A DNA stretch of 64,000 nt from assembly GCA_973895155.1 (NCBI GenBank), contig OZ316896.1, positions 4,841,925 through 4,905,924 of the forward strand, given 5' to 3'. The notes below the pieces were generated by a model, which saw only the letters and a program-made list of their open reading frames with translations, was not told the DNA's origin and made no database searches. Shown piece by piece: positions 50,991 through 64,000 of the stretch (position 1 is its first letter; each line of letters opens with the position of its first letter). The stretch is from Marsupella aquatica (lineage: Eukaryota; Plantae; Marchantiophyta). Both the position numbers and the translations under genes were made by a program.

Positions 50991-53900
50991 ACGGGGATAG
51001 TACCCAACATGCCCTAGGAAGGCACAAAGTTTCTTCAAATCTGTAGGGGGTCACACTTCCACAATCATCTGAACCTTCTCCTTATCCACCTCAATACCAC
51101 GTTGGGAAATTACATGATCGAGAAAAATGCCCTCCTTCGTGCCAATAAAGCACTTCTTTGGGTGTAAACACAACTGAGCCTCTCTACACTTCTAGAAAGT
51201 CTTCTCAAGGTGCATCAAATGGTTAGCAGCTAATCCAAATACGGAGAAATCATCTATGAAAATCTCCATAAAATGCCTCGAGTACTCTTGAAAAATGATC
51301 ATCATGATCCGTTGGAAAGTTCCCAGAGCATTACATAGGCCAAACGGCATCATGGTGAATGCATAAGTTCCCCAGTTGGTAGTGAAGGTAGTTTTTTCTT
51401 GGTCCTCCTTACGGAAACCTGATTATAACCAGAGTAGCCATCCAGAAAACTATATAATTCATGCAAGGCGACAAGATTGAGCACCAGATCAATAAATGGT
51501 AAGGTTTCTCAACATTGGATAGATAAACCTAGCAGCTGTCAATTTGTCTAATTCCTCCTTCACAAGTACATAATACTTTGGGTTCAAGCGGTATTGCCGT
51601 TGTCTGACAGGAACCGTGCCTTCCATTAAATCAATTTGTTGTTGTCCCAAATGAGGGTGGATGCCCTTCAGATCCGAGTGGCTCCAGGCAAATACATCCT
51701 TATACTGAGTTAACAATTTAACATCTAATTCCTTCAACTCTCCTTGGATATGCTTACCTATGTTGAGAAATTTGTCGGGTTCAATCCCAATATTTTGACA
51801 TGCCTTGGGATCTAATATAGCATCAGTGAGATTGAGGGTGTGAGCTCCCACTTGCCCACGTCTGGCTCCGTATTGTCCTGGGAATCTAGCCACTGCCCTT
51901 TTACAATGGGTGTTGATTGGACTGCATGCAACCAAGGGCACTCCTTGTAGACTGGACAACGTCCTTCCCAAACTTAATTGTCAAGAGGCATCCACAGGTT
52001 CAATTTCCGTCTCCTTCCTAGCTTCGGACAGATAAATCTCTAAGTAGTGTACCTCTTCCAGCTCAAACTCCATAGGCTCTAGAATCAAATCAGAATTGGA
52101 AAAATCTGATCTATAACCATCATCAGTTTGAGTCTCACCTTTATGTGCATCAATAGCCCAACTCACTACTACTTTGGGCTTACCAAAGGTCATCTCTTGA
52201 TTTCTCCAATTCACCTGTACTTGAGCTTTATACAACCAAGGTCGTCCTAGCAAGACTGGAAAACTCAACGGTAATTCTGGACTTATCACCACATACTCCA
52301 ATGTAAACAGAACACCAGAAATTAGGGTCTCAACCTTACTTAACTTTCCTGCTGGAACAACTCGAGATTGGTCAGCCATGCGTAGGATCTTTGGTGTGGG
52401 CTCAAACTTAGTAAACCCAAGATTGAATGTTGTTTGCTGAGTCATGAGATTAATGTTGGACCCACCATCCACTGGTACTTTCCTCACAACGCATCCTTGA
52501 ATCTGTACATCAAGTTTTGGCGGTCCTTTATCTTCCTATTCCAAGCGTAATACATCCACTTCAAGTAATTTCCGTTGCCTTCTCTTCCCGGCCAACAACC
52601 CTCTTAATTGCCTTCTATACACAGGATTGTCCTGGAGGAACTCACCAATGATGATCTGAGCCGGATGATTCTTCACATCCTCCACAATATCATACCCATG
52701 TGGTTTAGAAACTCACTGATCTGGCTCCTTCTCGACAGGCTTTTGTACAAAGTTTGGTTTGTGAGTCTTTTCCTTTGTCTTTTTCTCCTCCCTTGCTTAG
52801 AGCGAGTGATGGCATATATGTTAGTCAAAACTTTATCCCGGTCCTGCACTCTGGCGTTTGGCAAGCCCACTACTTCTGGTTTCACCAATTGTCCTACCAA
52901 CACATCAGGTACTACACTTGCAAGAGGATGGTTAAATATAGAATCTTCCTTCACCTCCACCCTATTTACCTCTATATGTTGCAGGAGCCCACAATGCTCC
53001 ATCTCTTCTGTGTACACCATGCGCACCTTGGCTTTTGGTCTACTAACCTCCTTGACAGGCTCTTGAGCAAAAGGTACCATCATCTTTGGCTTAGGTGGAT
53101 TTGGACATGCAATAGGTAAGTGGCCTTCCTTCCCACAATTCCCACAGATAGGTGTATATCCCTCCTCCCGCTTAGGATAAGGACATTGAGGTGAATAGTG
53201 ATCTGGTTGACCGCAATTCCAACAGGATCCTTTTTGTCATGGAGCTCCTCTAGGGGGGTACTCTCTTGGGGATCCCATAAGTGGCCTTGGTACTGGTCTG
53301 CTAAAGGCAGGCTTAGGTACGTGGTGCCCAATTAGTCATAGGCACAGGGGCAAGTGGAAAGTACTGATCTCCTAGTGTTGCCTGTACCGCATAAGTAGGC
53401 TCATACTCATACTCTTCCACCTCGTCTTATCCTTCCAAATAATTCACTGTCTGCATCCGCCAGGTTGGACATTCATGTGCGTAGTGTCCTTGTTGGTTAC
53501 ATCGAGTAGTACACCATACATTCATTCTCATGGAGGGTGGTAATTTCCGTACAGGCTTAACTCTAGAAATATTAACATTTAGCTTGGTCAACTGTCCAGT
53601 GATCTCTTTCATCGTGCGATCCATTTTCTTCTGATTGGGGTTCTTAGGTATTACCTTAGGTGGTGCCTTCTTCTTCTTTGGGGTAGTCTTCTCAGAATCT
53701 GAACTTGTACTTGAGCTCTCGCTGGTACTAGTGTCCATGCTCTTGTCCTCTTCACTCATGGTGGTATCAGTATCGTCCTCCTCGGAATCATATTTAGACG
53801 TAGACTTTTTCTTCTTTCTCTCTTTATTTTTCTTTAAATCTTCCTTCACTCGTTCCTTTTCTGAAATTTTTGAATCAACATACTTATGGGCTGCTCCCTG

Positions 53901-55265
53901 AACCTCCTCCAAAGTGGTACCTCCTTCATGCCTTATGTACCGGGAAATTCGAGATGGCAATCCGTTGATGAACCAGTCCTTCATAATGGACTTAGAGGTG
54001 GCTGGATTATATTGGTCCACCAAATCCAACAACTTATCCACATATTTCCTTACAGAATCATGCTTCTTCATGTGCAAATGAGAAATCCAAGCAAAGGCTC
54101 AAAGCAGCGGATCCTTCCTCCTTGTACTTAGCCAAAAGGCAGCTTTCAACTTTCCCCAATCATTCTTATCTGGAAAGCGGTCATACCATTTTTGAGCTCT
54201 CTTTTTCATCAATCCGTCGAATAGATTGGCCTTTTTTGCATCTTGACTTTGTCCATTTGAAGCTGCAGCAACTTCAAATTCCTTTAGATAAACTTCCGCA
54301 TCCTCCCTATATGACCCAAAGAATCTATTGTATCTCACATTATTTTGAGCCATTATAGTGGCACTCAAGTTAGGAATTGGTAAGGCTGATCGAGTGGCAA
54401 ATGGGTTTATCCAAGTTTGAGGACGTAATACACTGGAGCTACTAGATTTTGCACCACTTTTTGAACTCTTTTTACTTGTAGACGAGCCCTCCGATGAATT
54501 GAATCTCATTAAGTCTTGAAGTTCTAGAATTGGAGTTTGTTCCTTGGAAGCTGTGGTGGTAAAGGGTCTACTAGCTGTAGGCTTTTCCAAAGTTCCCCAA
54601 GATAATCCTTCTTGAATTGAGGTCACCTTCCTTGTCACACTTCCCGTAGGAGGAAATTCTTGCGATTGGAATTTGGAAAGTAAGTCTCAAGGCTCCACTG
54701 CCTTGCTTGAGTCTTCTGATCTATGAGAGGTTTTCTTCCACTTCTTTTCGGGCTTCTTTTCTATTAGGCAAACTTTCTCCAACATACCTCATTCTCCACA
54801 ATGCTAGAACCTAGAAAGATAGGAGGCTCGCTCTGTCAGCAAATTCAGAGGTCATCAAATTATTTGGGTCCCTCTATCCATAACCACATCTAATAATGCA
54901 ATACCCTCAATTACAACATATAATTCAAAATCCCCCTCCATCATGAGTCTCCCAAATTCCTACAATCTTATTATGGTGCAAAAATCTCAGAATTTAAGAG
55001 TTGTCCTTCAAATTCTTAGAGTTCCCTCAAACCCTCTTTGTCGCTCCTCCATGAGCAAGATCCTTTCTCGGGAAACCATCTTTCTGGGCAACTTGATTCA
55101 ACATCGCCTGTAGGGCTTTAGGAGCATTGTCTATGATGAGCTGTTGTACTTCCAACACCAATTCACTCCAAAAATCTGATGTAGACATACTTCAAAGATG
55201 ATTCCTTTTACTTCTCAATTTTTAGCATTCACTGCCTAAACATCAATCTTAAGTCATCAATTTGT

Positions 55266-55283
55266 TCCCTAGCAGTGGCACCA
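55266..55283 (-). promoter_or_regulatory. Primer-binding site, tRNA-Asp type (degenerate)
   Basis: Minus strand TGGTGCCACTGCTAGGGA vs the canonical Athila PBS TGGCGCCGTTGCCGGGGA (5 transitions), 5 nt from the LTR CA end. Confidence 0.75.
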
Positions 55284-56230
55284 AAAATTGTATGTCGTAT
55301 GGCCGAAAGAACACAAAGTAACAATATATCTAAGTTATAAACTCAGAATTCGGTCCCTAGCCTTTAAGAACAAATTGGGAATAGATTGAAAGAATTAACA
55401 GATTTGAGTAGTTTAGAGCTCTTACTCCATAACTTTCAATCTCATACAAAGGATAAAATAACAAAACACAGGGAAAAGAAAACTTTTGAGTTATGGAATC
55501 AAACGGAAATCTAATTTGTGAATAGACTGGTTTTAATTTGCTATTGCCACTCCTTCAGAAAGGACTATGGTCTTAGTATAGGCAAAATTAAAATGATCAA
55601 ATCAGATTCTCTCTTTCCTTTTGGATTCATAAAGATGTGAAATAAAAGGATTCTTTTGCTCAGCAAACCCACAGTACATTTCTGGTTGGTTTTTACTAAG
55701 ATATATTAAAATGACATGGTTTGATTGTCAGCGATTTGCAATTCAAATCAAATTCTAATACATATGCCAAAGTAAAACAACGGTACTTTGATACTCTGAA
55801 AATTGAATTTTTCTCCTTCTAATTCAAACATCTACTCTCAACTTAGCTAGCAAATCTCATCACAGCGCGCAAGCCTAGCAGTGAATTCAATAAAAATCTC
55901 AAAAGTTTGTGATCAAAACTCAGTCACCAAAAGGAATCTCCTGAATTCATTCACAAATCATAACATATGCTCTACTTCCATACAAGACCTTGTTAAAATG
56001 GAAGGTGGAACCTATATCCATAATTCACTTACTGAATAAAGTTTTGTCCCCACTAGAAACTGATAATCCAAAGGGTTTTATAGGATTAGAATTCTAACAC
56101 AAAAAGGAACTAAAGAGTCATGTCTTTTCAGACCTCAAATACTCAAAAAATCCGGGCAAAAAATAGTCTTAGGAAAGATGAAAAAGTAAAGTGCTAGAGA
56201 AAACGTCCTTAGAAATGTTGGAATTGCAGT

Positions 56231-57155
56231 GGACGTTTTGCAACGCATCAAGGTTTAAGGCGAACACTTTGCAAAGTGTTGGTATTTTTGCTAAAACTAA
56301 TAAACAGTGATCTTATCCTAATTTTAACTTCTAAATTGATTGTCAAAATGAATTGAAACTTTCTTAGAGCACTCTACTACATACATTCTATAGGTTGGCA
56401 AAGTTTCAAACTGTTTTGGAACTTCTAAGTGCCTTAAATAGATTGACAAAAGTGTTGCAATGTAACAAAAATGGCAAACCAAAAATTGGTGTCGAGATTT
56501 TGGTGGATGAAGCGTCCAAACTACAATGGACTATGTGGACACTTTGCAAAGCGTCGTCAGAATTTTATAGCAGTGTTGGTCTTCGGGCCTTCAAAGTGGA
56601 TGCTTCTAAAAGTGTCAGCGTCGATGTCGCCTGGGTAATGGACGCTTTAGTAGTGCCATTACATTAGTGGCACCTTCAATTATGGACGCTTCAAAAAGCG
56701 TCGGCATTTTTCTGGCTTCCACAGACAAACGTCTGAGCTCACAACGTTGCTTCTCATGTACGTGGATGCTTTTGAAAGCGTCCAAGGCTTCAAGATGTTT
56801 CAGTAGCGGTAGTACTTAGTGGGGTCCATGGTAGGGGACGCTTCAGAAAGCGTCCAGGTCTTCAAGGGGCATCGGGCAGAGTGGGTGGTGGACACTTTTG
56901 TCAAGCGTTCACTCTTAGTGGACACTTCAGAAAGCGTCATGTCTTCTTTATAGTTGAGCACGGACGCTTGACAAAGGCGTCAAGTCCATCTTAACTTTAG
57001 ATTGCAGAGTCTTCACCAAGCGTCTTGTGTTATGATGGACGCTTCACAAAGTGTCCAGATTAGTTGCGCCTGGAATTGAAATTCCTTCAGAGGAGTAGTT
57101 TGAGGCAGATGCTTCACAAATCGTCAGAATAGAGTGGACGCTTTGCCAAGCCTCG
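56231..57155. repeat. Array of ~14 imperfect 18-21 bp palindromes (GGACGCTT-N4-AAGCGTCC) with unrelated spacers, inside the LTR
   Basis: Examples: aacactttgcaaagtgtt 56263, ggacgcttcaaaaagcgtc 56684, ggatgcttttgaaagcgtcc 56764, ggacgcttcagaaagcgtcc 56836, ggacgcttcacaaagtgtcc 57037. Confidence 0.85.
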
Positions 57156-57232
57156 TCTTTTGCTTCAAAAAGTTAGAAAAAGATTGCAAATATGCTCCAA
57201 TTAATGAATTTTGACGAAAATGCCTATCCACA

Positions 57233-59450
57233 TAGGAACCATAGAGGGGGTTCTAAGCACCTCAAACAACAAGAATGATTGGGGAAGCCTAGCTTGCCTC
57301 CCAGCCTCACCTCTCTATATATGGATCCAACTCCACAATAACACCACGGGGCTCTGAAGCTTGAGCTGCACCTCTTGTCACTGCAGTTGATGCCTCCACT
57401 TGTGCTGCACTCTCCATATAAGAGAGATCATCCCCTCCATAAGATGTGGAAGCCCCTGTTCCCGAACCTGCCCGGTGGTGACTACCAACCATAGTAGCAA
57501 GTCTCTACTCCAACTACTCAATCTTAGCAGCCATAGCTGCCTCTGTAGTAGGGGGAGGGGCAGCCACCGTGGGCTCTCCAACTACTGGTGCACCTCTACC
57601 ACCTTGACCACCTCGACCTCGTGGAGCTGGTCCACCACAACCTCTACCTGATCTCAACTATGGGTAAAGGTCAAAACAACACTCCCGAGGATGACCTGCT
57701 CACCCGCAATGATCACACTGAGTTTGGGCCAACTGAGATCCATCCTAAAAAGTCTGTCCCCCATTCTCCTTATGGAAAACCCTCCTATGATGATCACCAC
57801 CACATGTCCAACATGACAGCCCTTGCTGCGGGGCAGCGAATGAAGGCAATGGTCTTTGCGCAACTGTCCCTCTAGGACCTGACTGAAGTTGTGCCTGACC
57901 TCCACAACTCCCACTATTACTACCGCCACCACTATTATGAGGTTGTGAGGTGGACTGATGAACCCCAGACATAGTGGCTGTATCCTTGCTGAATGCAGGT
58001 GTCACCACTCTCTCCTCCACCATGTTAAGCTCAATCTTATCAGACAAAGCAAACACATGGGCCAATGTGGGGGGTTCATCACTCATGAGAGTAGCATCAC
58101 GTACCCTTCGCTACAACTCTCTATCCAAAATCACATACCAAAGTTGAATTGCCTGAGCCTCAATCACACCCTTGGTAACTGAAATCACCCTTCGCATATG
58201 AGTGTATGCCTCACAAAGACTCTCACCAGTAGTCTTCCTCTCAATGCAAACTCCTGAAGACTCCTCAACTTCTCCATCTTCACCCCCTTGTAGTTCTTCT
58301 TCAACCTCTTGAAGAACTCCGTAACTGGATTGAACAAAGGTGGGGCACTAATATCTATACTGGTGGTGCCACTCTGACTGATACTCCCACTAATTGATGT
58401 CAAAATATTCAGCTAACACGGTAGAAGCACTACTACTAGTACCACCATGAGTGATAGACACATGGGTTGGAGACCAATGTGGTCTGCATGCCTCAATCTC
58501 AATAACGTGGTCCTTTCAAAACTCATTGTAATCATCCATGGCCCGAGGTCCCTCTAAGTGCTGAAACAACCCCTTCCATGCCAAGAAGGGTGTGAACAAC
58601 GTAGCATTAAGCAACATCTGCATATCGCATCACGTGTCAAATTCCTGAATGAAATCCTCCAACTCAATGGTACCACTACACCCGAGTAACGTCGTGTGCC
58701 CTTCATGGCCCCGTACATCCCATCCATGTCCCAAATCAATGGGGCCGCTACACTAGATAGTGACACAAAAGACTTGGTGTCTGGAACACCCTCGTCCTCC
58801 TCCTCATCAACCAACGGTAACGGAAAAGGTAGTTGATACCTCAATCCACTCTGTGTAAAACCACTAGTGTCCGCACCTAGGTCCCAATAGGACCACCAAA
58901 CTGCTCCGTGATGACAAACCGCAACAGCACCACCACCAAATCACCACCACTGAGTAACCAAGTAATGTCAATGTTGTTGTACTACTCTAGCCCTACCAGC
59001 TATGGGTGTAGGCAACCTAACCTGTCATCACCACAAGAAGCCTCCCACAGTCTACTGGTCATCACTCCAGTCTCATCGTGAGAGAAACATAGGTAGTTTG
59101 ACTAGTCATCACTCCAGTCTCACTACCGGCAGCACACAAGAGTAAAACTACTCCAAAAATCAGTGTCAGCCGGCAAACAATGGCCGCACAAGCAAGAAGC
59201 AACAATGGAGGGGATCCAATCACAAGAAGTCCAACAACAACCCTCAACCCGCAAATGAAACTACAAAATGGAAATCAAGGCAACACAATCCACCAAACGT
59301 GGTGCCCCCTGAATCCACAAAACAAACCACACAATCCTAATGCAATGGTGGCTACTCTGCTGGTAGTCTATGATGTGCTCATTGCACTCATAGCACCTGA
59401 TAATGTCACTTGCATGGAAACGTTATACATCACCATCTTCTAGGAATCCG
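57233..59450 (-). mobile_element. Second, diverged copy (5' leader + gag) of the DNMT-retroelement lineage, interrupted by the Athila-like LTR
   Basis: The reverse strand parallels 40880-42390: WDMDGMYGAMK..RRYSG, FNPVTEFFKRLKKNYKGVKMEKLRSLQEF, PTLAHVFALSDKIELNMVEERVVT, CWTCGGDH knuckle, GASTSYG..VELDP. Homology stops at the TG start of the Athila-like LTR. The upstream boundary is approximate. Confidence 0.8.
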
Positions 59451-59603
59451 AAAACAAGTTTTAACGCATCCTAAAATGATGCATATATGGGGGGAAACAT
59501 CCAAATATTTCACCAAATCCTCTGAGGTAGTCTATACACTAGCAGAGGGAACCATTAGACAGATACTCACTAGAGTTTATTGAATGGTAGCCAATTTATA
59601 AAT

Positions 59604-62330
59604 TTTGTTCCCCCGCGAAAAGCCCCACGGGAAGGGCGCACAAACAGGCAGAAAGGTCAAAAAGCCAAAAAGCAACATCTAGCAGGGCAACAGCCCAACA
59701 CACACCGGTACAACAAAGGCCAGGCTTCAACCCCAACCCAACGCCCCGTCGCCCGGATAGAGCACAACAGGGAGGGCACCCCTAAACACACAATGCAACA
59801 CATAACAAGGCCAGTCCAGATTTGGCGGGCACAGCCAAAAAAGCAGCAAAAAAGAAGCCATCAAGAGACCCATCACCCAGAAGTGATACATCTCCCACCA
59901 CCGCCAAGCCAACCTCTACGAAGACTATCAATCCAAGATTTTGCTTGTAGAAGTCTTTTGCTCTTCTTGCCTGGGGGCAACGCCTATTAAGTGCAAATAA
60001 GTTGTCTGCTGTCTCAGACAAAGCAAGCCCCAGATCAAACACCCATCTTGCCCCCGTCTGGAACAAATGCGTGTTTTGTCCCAACCAGAGCCGCCAAAGA
60101 ATCTGATGCAACACAAACATCTGAGCCACATGGACAGGCTCCTTCCCACATGCTGAGTCCAGTAGGGCCAACAATCCGAGTCCAATTGGCATATCTAAAG
60201 CGCTCAATGACACCTGACATAGGTTCCAACAGCGAACAACATGTGGGCACAGGAAAAAAAGGTGAGGGATAGATTTGAGTCTCCCAATGCACAACTTATA
60301 GTCCCCATTACTGACACCAATTCGCAGCGCACGGGCTCCAGTGAATAGTCCCCCAACGATGATCCACCAGATAAACGTCTTTCCCCTGATTGGTAAATCA
60401 GATCCCCAAAGCCTGGTCCAAAGCACATTTCAGCCCAGCTCTGCACGAGAAAGAGACCAAATTCTGTCAAAATCCTCATGGTTGGAGGTCTTGGGCCACA
60501 GGAAGTCATACACCCAACATTTCTCAATTCTAAAGTCCTTCAGTGGTTCTGCTTTATCTGTCCATCTCCACTGCTTGGCGTATAGATAGTACTCAACATG
60601 GCAATTGTTTGTGCACCAAAGGCATTCCAAAAATGTCTTTGCCAGTGCTCTATTTTCAGCGGAGAAGCCCTGCATATTGTGCCATCTAAGCGGGAGGTCT
60701 TTCAATTGGCAACGGAATCACAACTGGCTTCTTCAGATTCAGTTGAGCACCACTTGCCCACTCAAGCATTCAAGAGCAGTTGTTGCCTCCTCAAACGCCC
60801 TTTCCATGGAAGGGATAAACATCCCCACGTCATCCGCAAAGAGCCTGTAACAGATAGTGAGATCATGTGTAACCTGCAAGCCACTTAGTCTGCCTTCCAC
60901 CATCTCTACGTCACTCAAGAAAATCCATCAGTGGCTGTGTGGAAATGTAAAAGAGTAACGGTGACAGAGGGCAGCCCTGTCTAACCCCGCGCTTAAGTTC
61001 AACTGTGTTTGACAAGAGGCCATTCACCAGGGCTCGTGAAGAAGCCTGAGCCAGCAGCGCTCGTACCAGCATGATGAAGCGCCCGCTAATCCCTAGCAGC
61101 CGCATGCATCCCATATATAATCATGCAAAACTCTAGCCTATTATCACAGGTAAGCCATGCTAGGGATATATTTTTGAGGATATGTCGGCCAGGTATAAAT
61201 CCTGTCTGTTGTGGGCTGATAATCATGTGCAAAATTGGTTTGAGGCGCAAGGCAAGGATCTTTGCAATCAGTTTATAAATAGTGTTTAACATTGTCAATG
61301 GGCACCAGTCACTTAAGAAATGTTTGTCAGGTTTCTTAGGTATGAATTTAAGGATCCCTTCACAGATCCCAGCATCCAGACCACCCGTAAGCCAGAACTC
61401 TTGTATCATATCCACCAGGTCCTGTCCAAGGAACCCCCAGCATGCTCGATAGACCTCCGCTATCAATCCATCAGGTCCGGGTGTTTTGTCACACGGCAGG
61501 AGCCACAACACATCCTTCACCTCCTAGTAAGACGGGAGCTTCTCCATTTTTAAAATTGTGGCTCTAGAGAGCGCAAAGCTGGTGTTGCTCAACAATCAAA
61601 CTCTAGCCACTTGTCTCCTCTCTATCTCCGCTTCAGAAAGGGTCTCAGGTGTATATAAGGTGTCACAACTTTTCAACCTCCTTCAAAATTTGGCCAGGTT
61701 CAGAAACTGTACTCCCGTCCTCCAAACTCAAGGAAGACATAGACTCTCGGGATCTTTTGGCTTTAACAATGGCAAAGAAAAATTTACTGGATTCCTCACC
61801 TTCCCCTAACCACTTAATTCTGGCCAACCTGCGCCCTCTATGCGCTTCCTCCAGCTTTGAAGCATGCAGCGTGTCCTCAACATCCATGAACTCTGTAATG
61901 TCCTCCTTTGAATGGTTATCAATAATGGTCATCTTTAGAGCCCTCAGCTACGCTCTCTGGAACGCCATTTCCACATCAGATGTCCTTGGTTTGGCTTGGA
62001 TCTCTAAGTGTTTGCCTCAGTTTCCAACTTCCTTTGGCAAAATGAATGCGCGGATCCGCAAAGTTTCCTTGTCCCACTCTCCAAGCCTCTTCTAACAGTA
62101 GCATGTCCTCCCGCCTCCTAAGCAATGCTGGATTTGCCATGAAAAGTCTCACCTTTCCTCTCTCTGCCATCTCTGTCAATCCCGCTATTCTCCAATTCAG
62201 CATTACTGGGTCATGATCGGAAAGGTCCGATCCCCCATCGTGAATGAGCTCAACTTCGCTTAGCCATCCACCCCTTTCACTAACATAGATCTTGTCGAGT
62301 CTGGACTGTATCAACACTGAATCCATTCCT
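59604..62330 (-). mobile_element. LINE (L1-like) ORF2, 5'-truncated and decayed
   Basis: Endonuclease end SRLDKIYV..SDHDPV; RT KTPGPDG, LTMLNTIYKLIAK, QTGFIPGRHI, GVRQGCPLSPLLF, LFADDV; zf-RVT-like LWGSDLPIRGKTFIW...HLFFLCPHVVRCW. Confidence 0.9.
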
Positions 62331-64000
62331 ATTCCTCCTCCATGTGAAATGAGGGCCCACTACTCCTCCTCTAAGATCCCATGCATCAGTAAGATTAAAT
62401 CTCATCTTCAAAAATCTCCAGAATTAGTCCTCAAAGTATCAAATTCTACCTTAAACCTTGGCTTAGGAGGCACACGAGACAATGGCAGTGCTTTTCTTTG
62501 CTCTTAGACTTATATTGGGACTTGGAAGCCCTTCATGATTGGAGGATCGATAGGGATCCTTGGCCCAACTAGTGCTCTCTCCCCTCCGGGGTGGTGTTTA
62601 CTTTATTCCCCCAATTTTGGCCTTTTGGCCGCTGTGTTTCTCCCGTCGGGTGGTTGTTGCCCCCGGCTTCCTATTAAGCCGTGACCAAAGGGTATTTTCA
62701 AACAAAATAAAAATACACTAGCAGAACCCAGAACCTGCCAGTTAAGCGTCTTGCAGGCAAAATAGTGTAAAGATGGGTGACCAGTTATGCCAAACACTAC
62801 TCACAAAAACTACTCATAGTTTACAATCTGATCACACGCCTAACAAGCAAGCTTGCTTGCTTGCTCCTTGCTCCGCCTCTCACGCCCACTCGCCCCAAGC
62901 TACCATGAGTTGCCTCAAAGCCTTGAAATGCCAGAGATATGCCCCTTTCGCCTTGATTTGCCTTGTTTCGCTACCAATAGAGCGCCCTCAGCCACACACA
63001 AAGCGAACGGTCACCAACCCCTCAAATCCAGTATCCACCATAGCCAGAGCTTGAGCTAGTTTGCACAATTTTGATCAGCAATTACTTTGTCAATCCTCGA
63101 CCAAAAATGAATATGTCCAAACTAGAATTCAATTGGCCACCATAGCTACCTCTCCACAAGAAATCAGTTGCAACTGAGGTCAACACTTCAAGCTAAAAAT
63201 CAAACAAATCCACCATCCAGATCTACTACAAACATGCTAAAACCTGGCAACACTTTTGCATAGATTCGTTGATACAAAAATCTGCAAAAGTCCCTATCTG
63301 AAACAACAGTTCGCTCCACACACTAGAGCTAAATAGATCCACATGATTGAACTGATGTTGAGAATCAGACAAGGATCAACATCAGAAGCCTCTTACCCGG
63401 TCTGGAGGACTTCCAACAGAGCTCCCGCACTCAAGCTTTCCAAATCTGAAAAACCGTCAAACATGAACCAAATTCTTCATTCTTTGATTACTTCCAACTC
63501 CCTCAACAAAATCAGGCGATCTAAAGTGCGTTGGAAAGCTCTCAGTGACGCGCTTCTTTCCAACCCATCCACTCACCAGATCCACACCTCAAACCAAGGG
63601 CCACGTACCAGAAAATCTTATGGCCGAGAATACTAAACAGCCCACCTGGTTCTGGTGAATCCATGATCGACGCTACCATCAATCTACATGAGTTCTTTGA
63701 GTGAAATCCGTGAAAGACATACTATCATAAAACACGTATAGAACACAAACGGTCAAGCCAAACCCACTCCGTGATGGAGAATCCAGGTCGAAGCTAACAG
63801 GACACCATAGTCAAGGAGCTCCACTCACTACGAAGGCTCTCCCAACGCCAAATTAAGGCTCAACTCAAAGAACCCTACCCACACTATACCCTCCAACCCA
63901 AGGGCGGGTCATACCAGAGGGGTCACCCACAACAAGGCACCCCCTCCAACCGTATGCATGGAACCACTCCCTATCTAGGCCCTACGGCCCTACATAAGGT

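Larger units (their letters stand above)
47938..57232 (-). mobile_element. Athila-like Ty3/Gypsy LTR retrotransposon, 3'-truncated within the integrase
   Basis: 5' LTR 57232-55289 (TGTGGATAGG...CATACA), PBS, gag with CCHC knuckles (54638-53080), protease VPVDGGS (52487), RT (FLDGYSGYNQ, MPFGLCNA, FIDDF; ~51970-50995 and ~49077-48900), RNase H (HTDHNSLKYL..RVARWVLLLQEFD), integrase FEKWGIDFIGP..TDYATKWVEA ending at ~47938. Confidence 0.9.

Noticed and set aside
56231-57155. CRISPR-like array (palindromic repeats with unique spacers)
   Set aside because: The repeats are short and degenerate, spacer lengths vary widely, there are no cas genes, and the array lies within a eukaryotic LTR.
62330-64000. 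Possible further retroelement terminus or coding remnant
   Set aside because: Composition is TE-like, but no motif, terminal repeat or domain could be pinned down within the window.

Overview
Eukaryotic plant nuclear DNA. Long GT-AG introns and the protein sequences suggest a non-seed plant, possibly a bryophyte (inference). The left ~35 kb is gene-rich: a frameshifted intronless NTF2-RRM (G3BP-like) pseudogene whose 5' region is also present as an ~800-bp inverted copy, a 14-exon GPCR-type G protein gene (GTG/GPR89, - strand) divergent from an ARID4-like ARID-PHD gene, a RUS2-like DUF647 gene and a 2-exon fungal-type EthD gene. The right ~29 kb is a stack of decayed, nested transposons: two Helitron pieces (one split by a MITE), an Athila-like Ty3/Gypsy element carrying a solo LTR, a LINE, and two copies of another LTR lineage. 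The most notable object is the + strand copy of that lineage at ~40.85-47.1 kb. Its pol region carries a recognisable C5 DNA cytosine methyltransferase domain (motifs I, II, IV, V, VI, VIII, IX, X) after the protease, and a PHD finger after the integrase. The DNMT is mostly invisible in the ORF track because of in-frame stops. All calls were read by eye with no database searches; exon and element boundaries are manual and may be off by a few bases.
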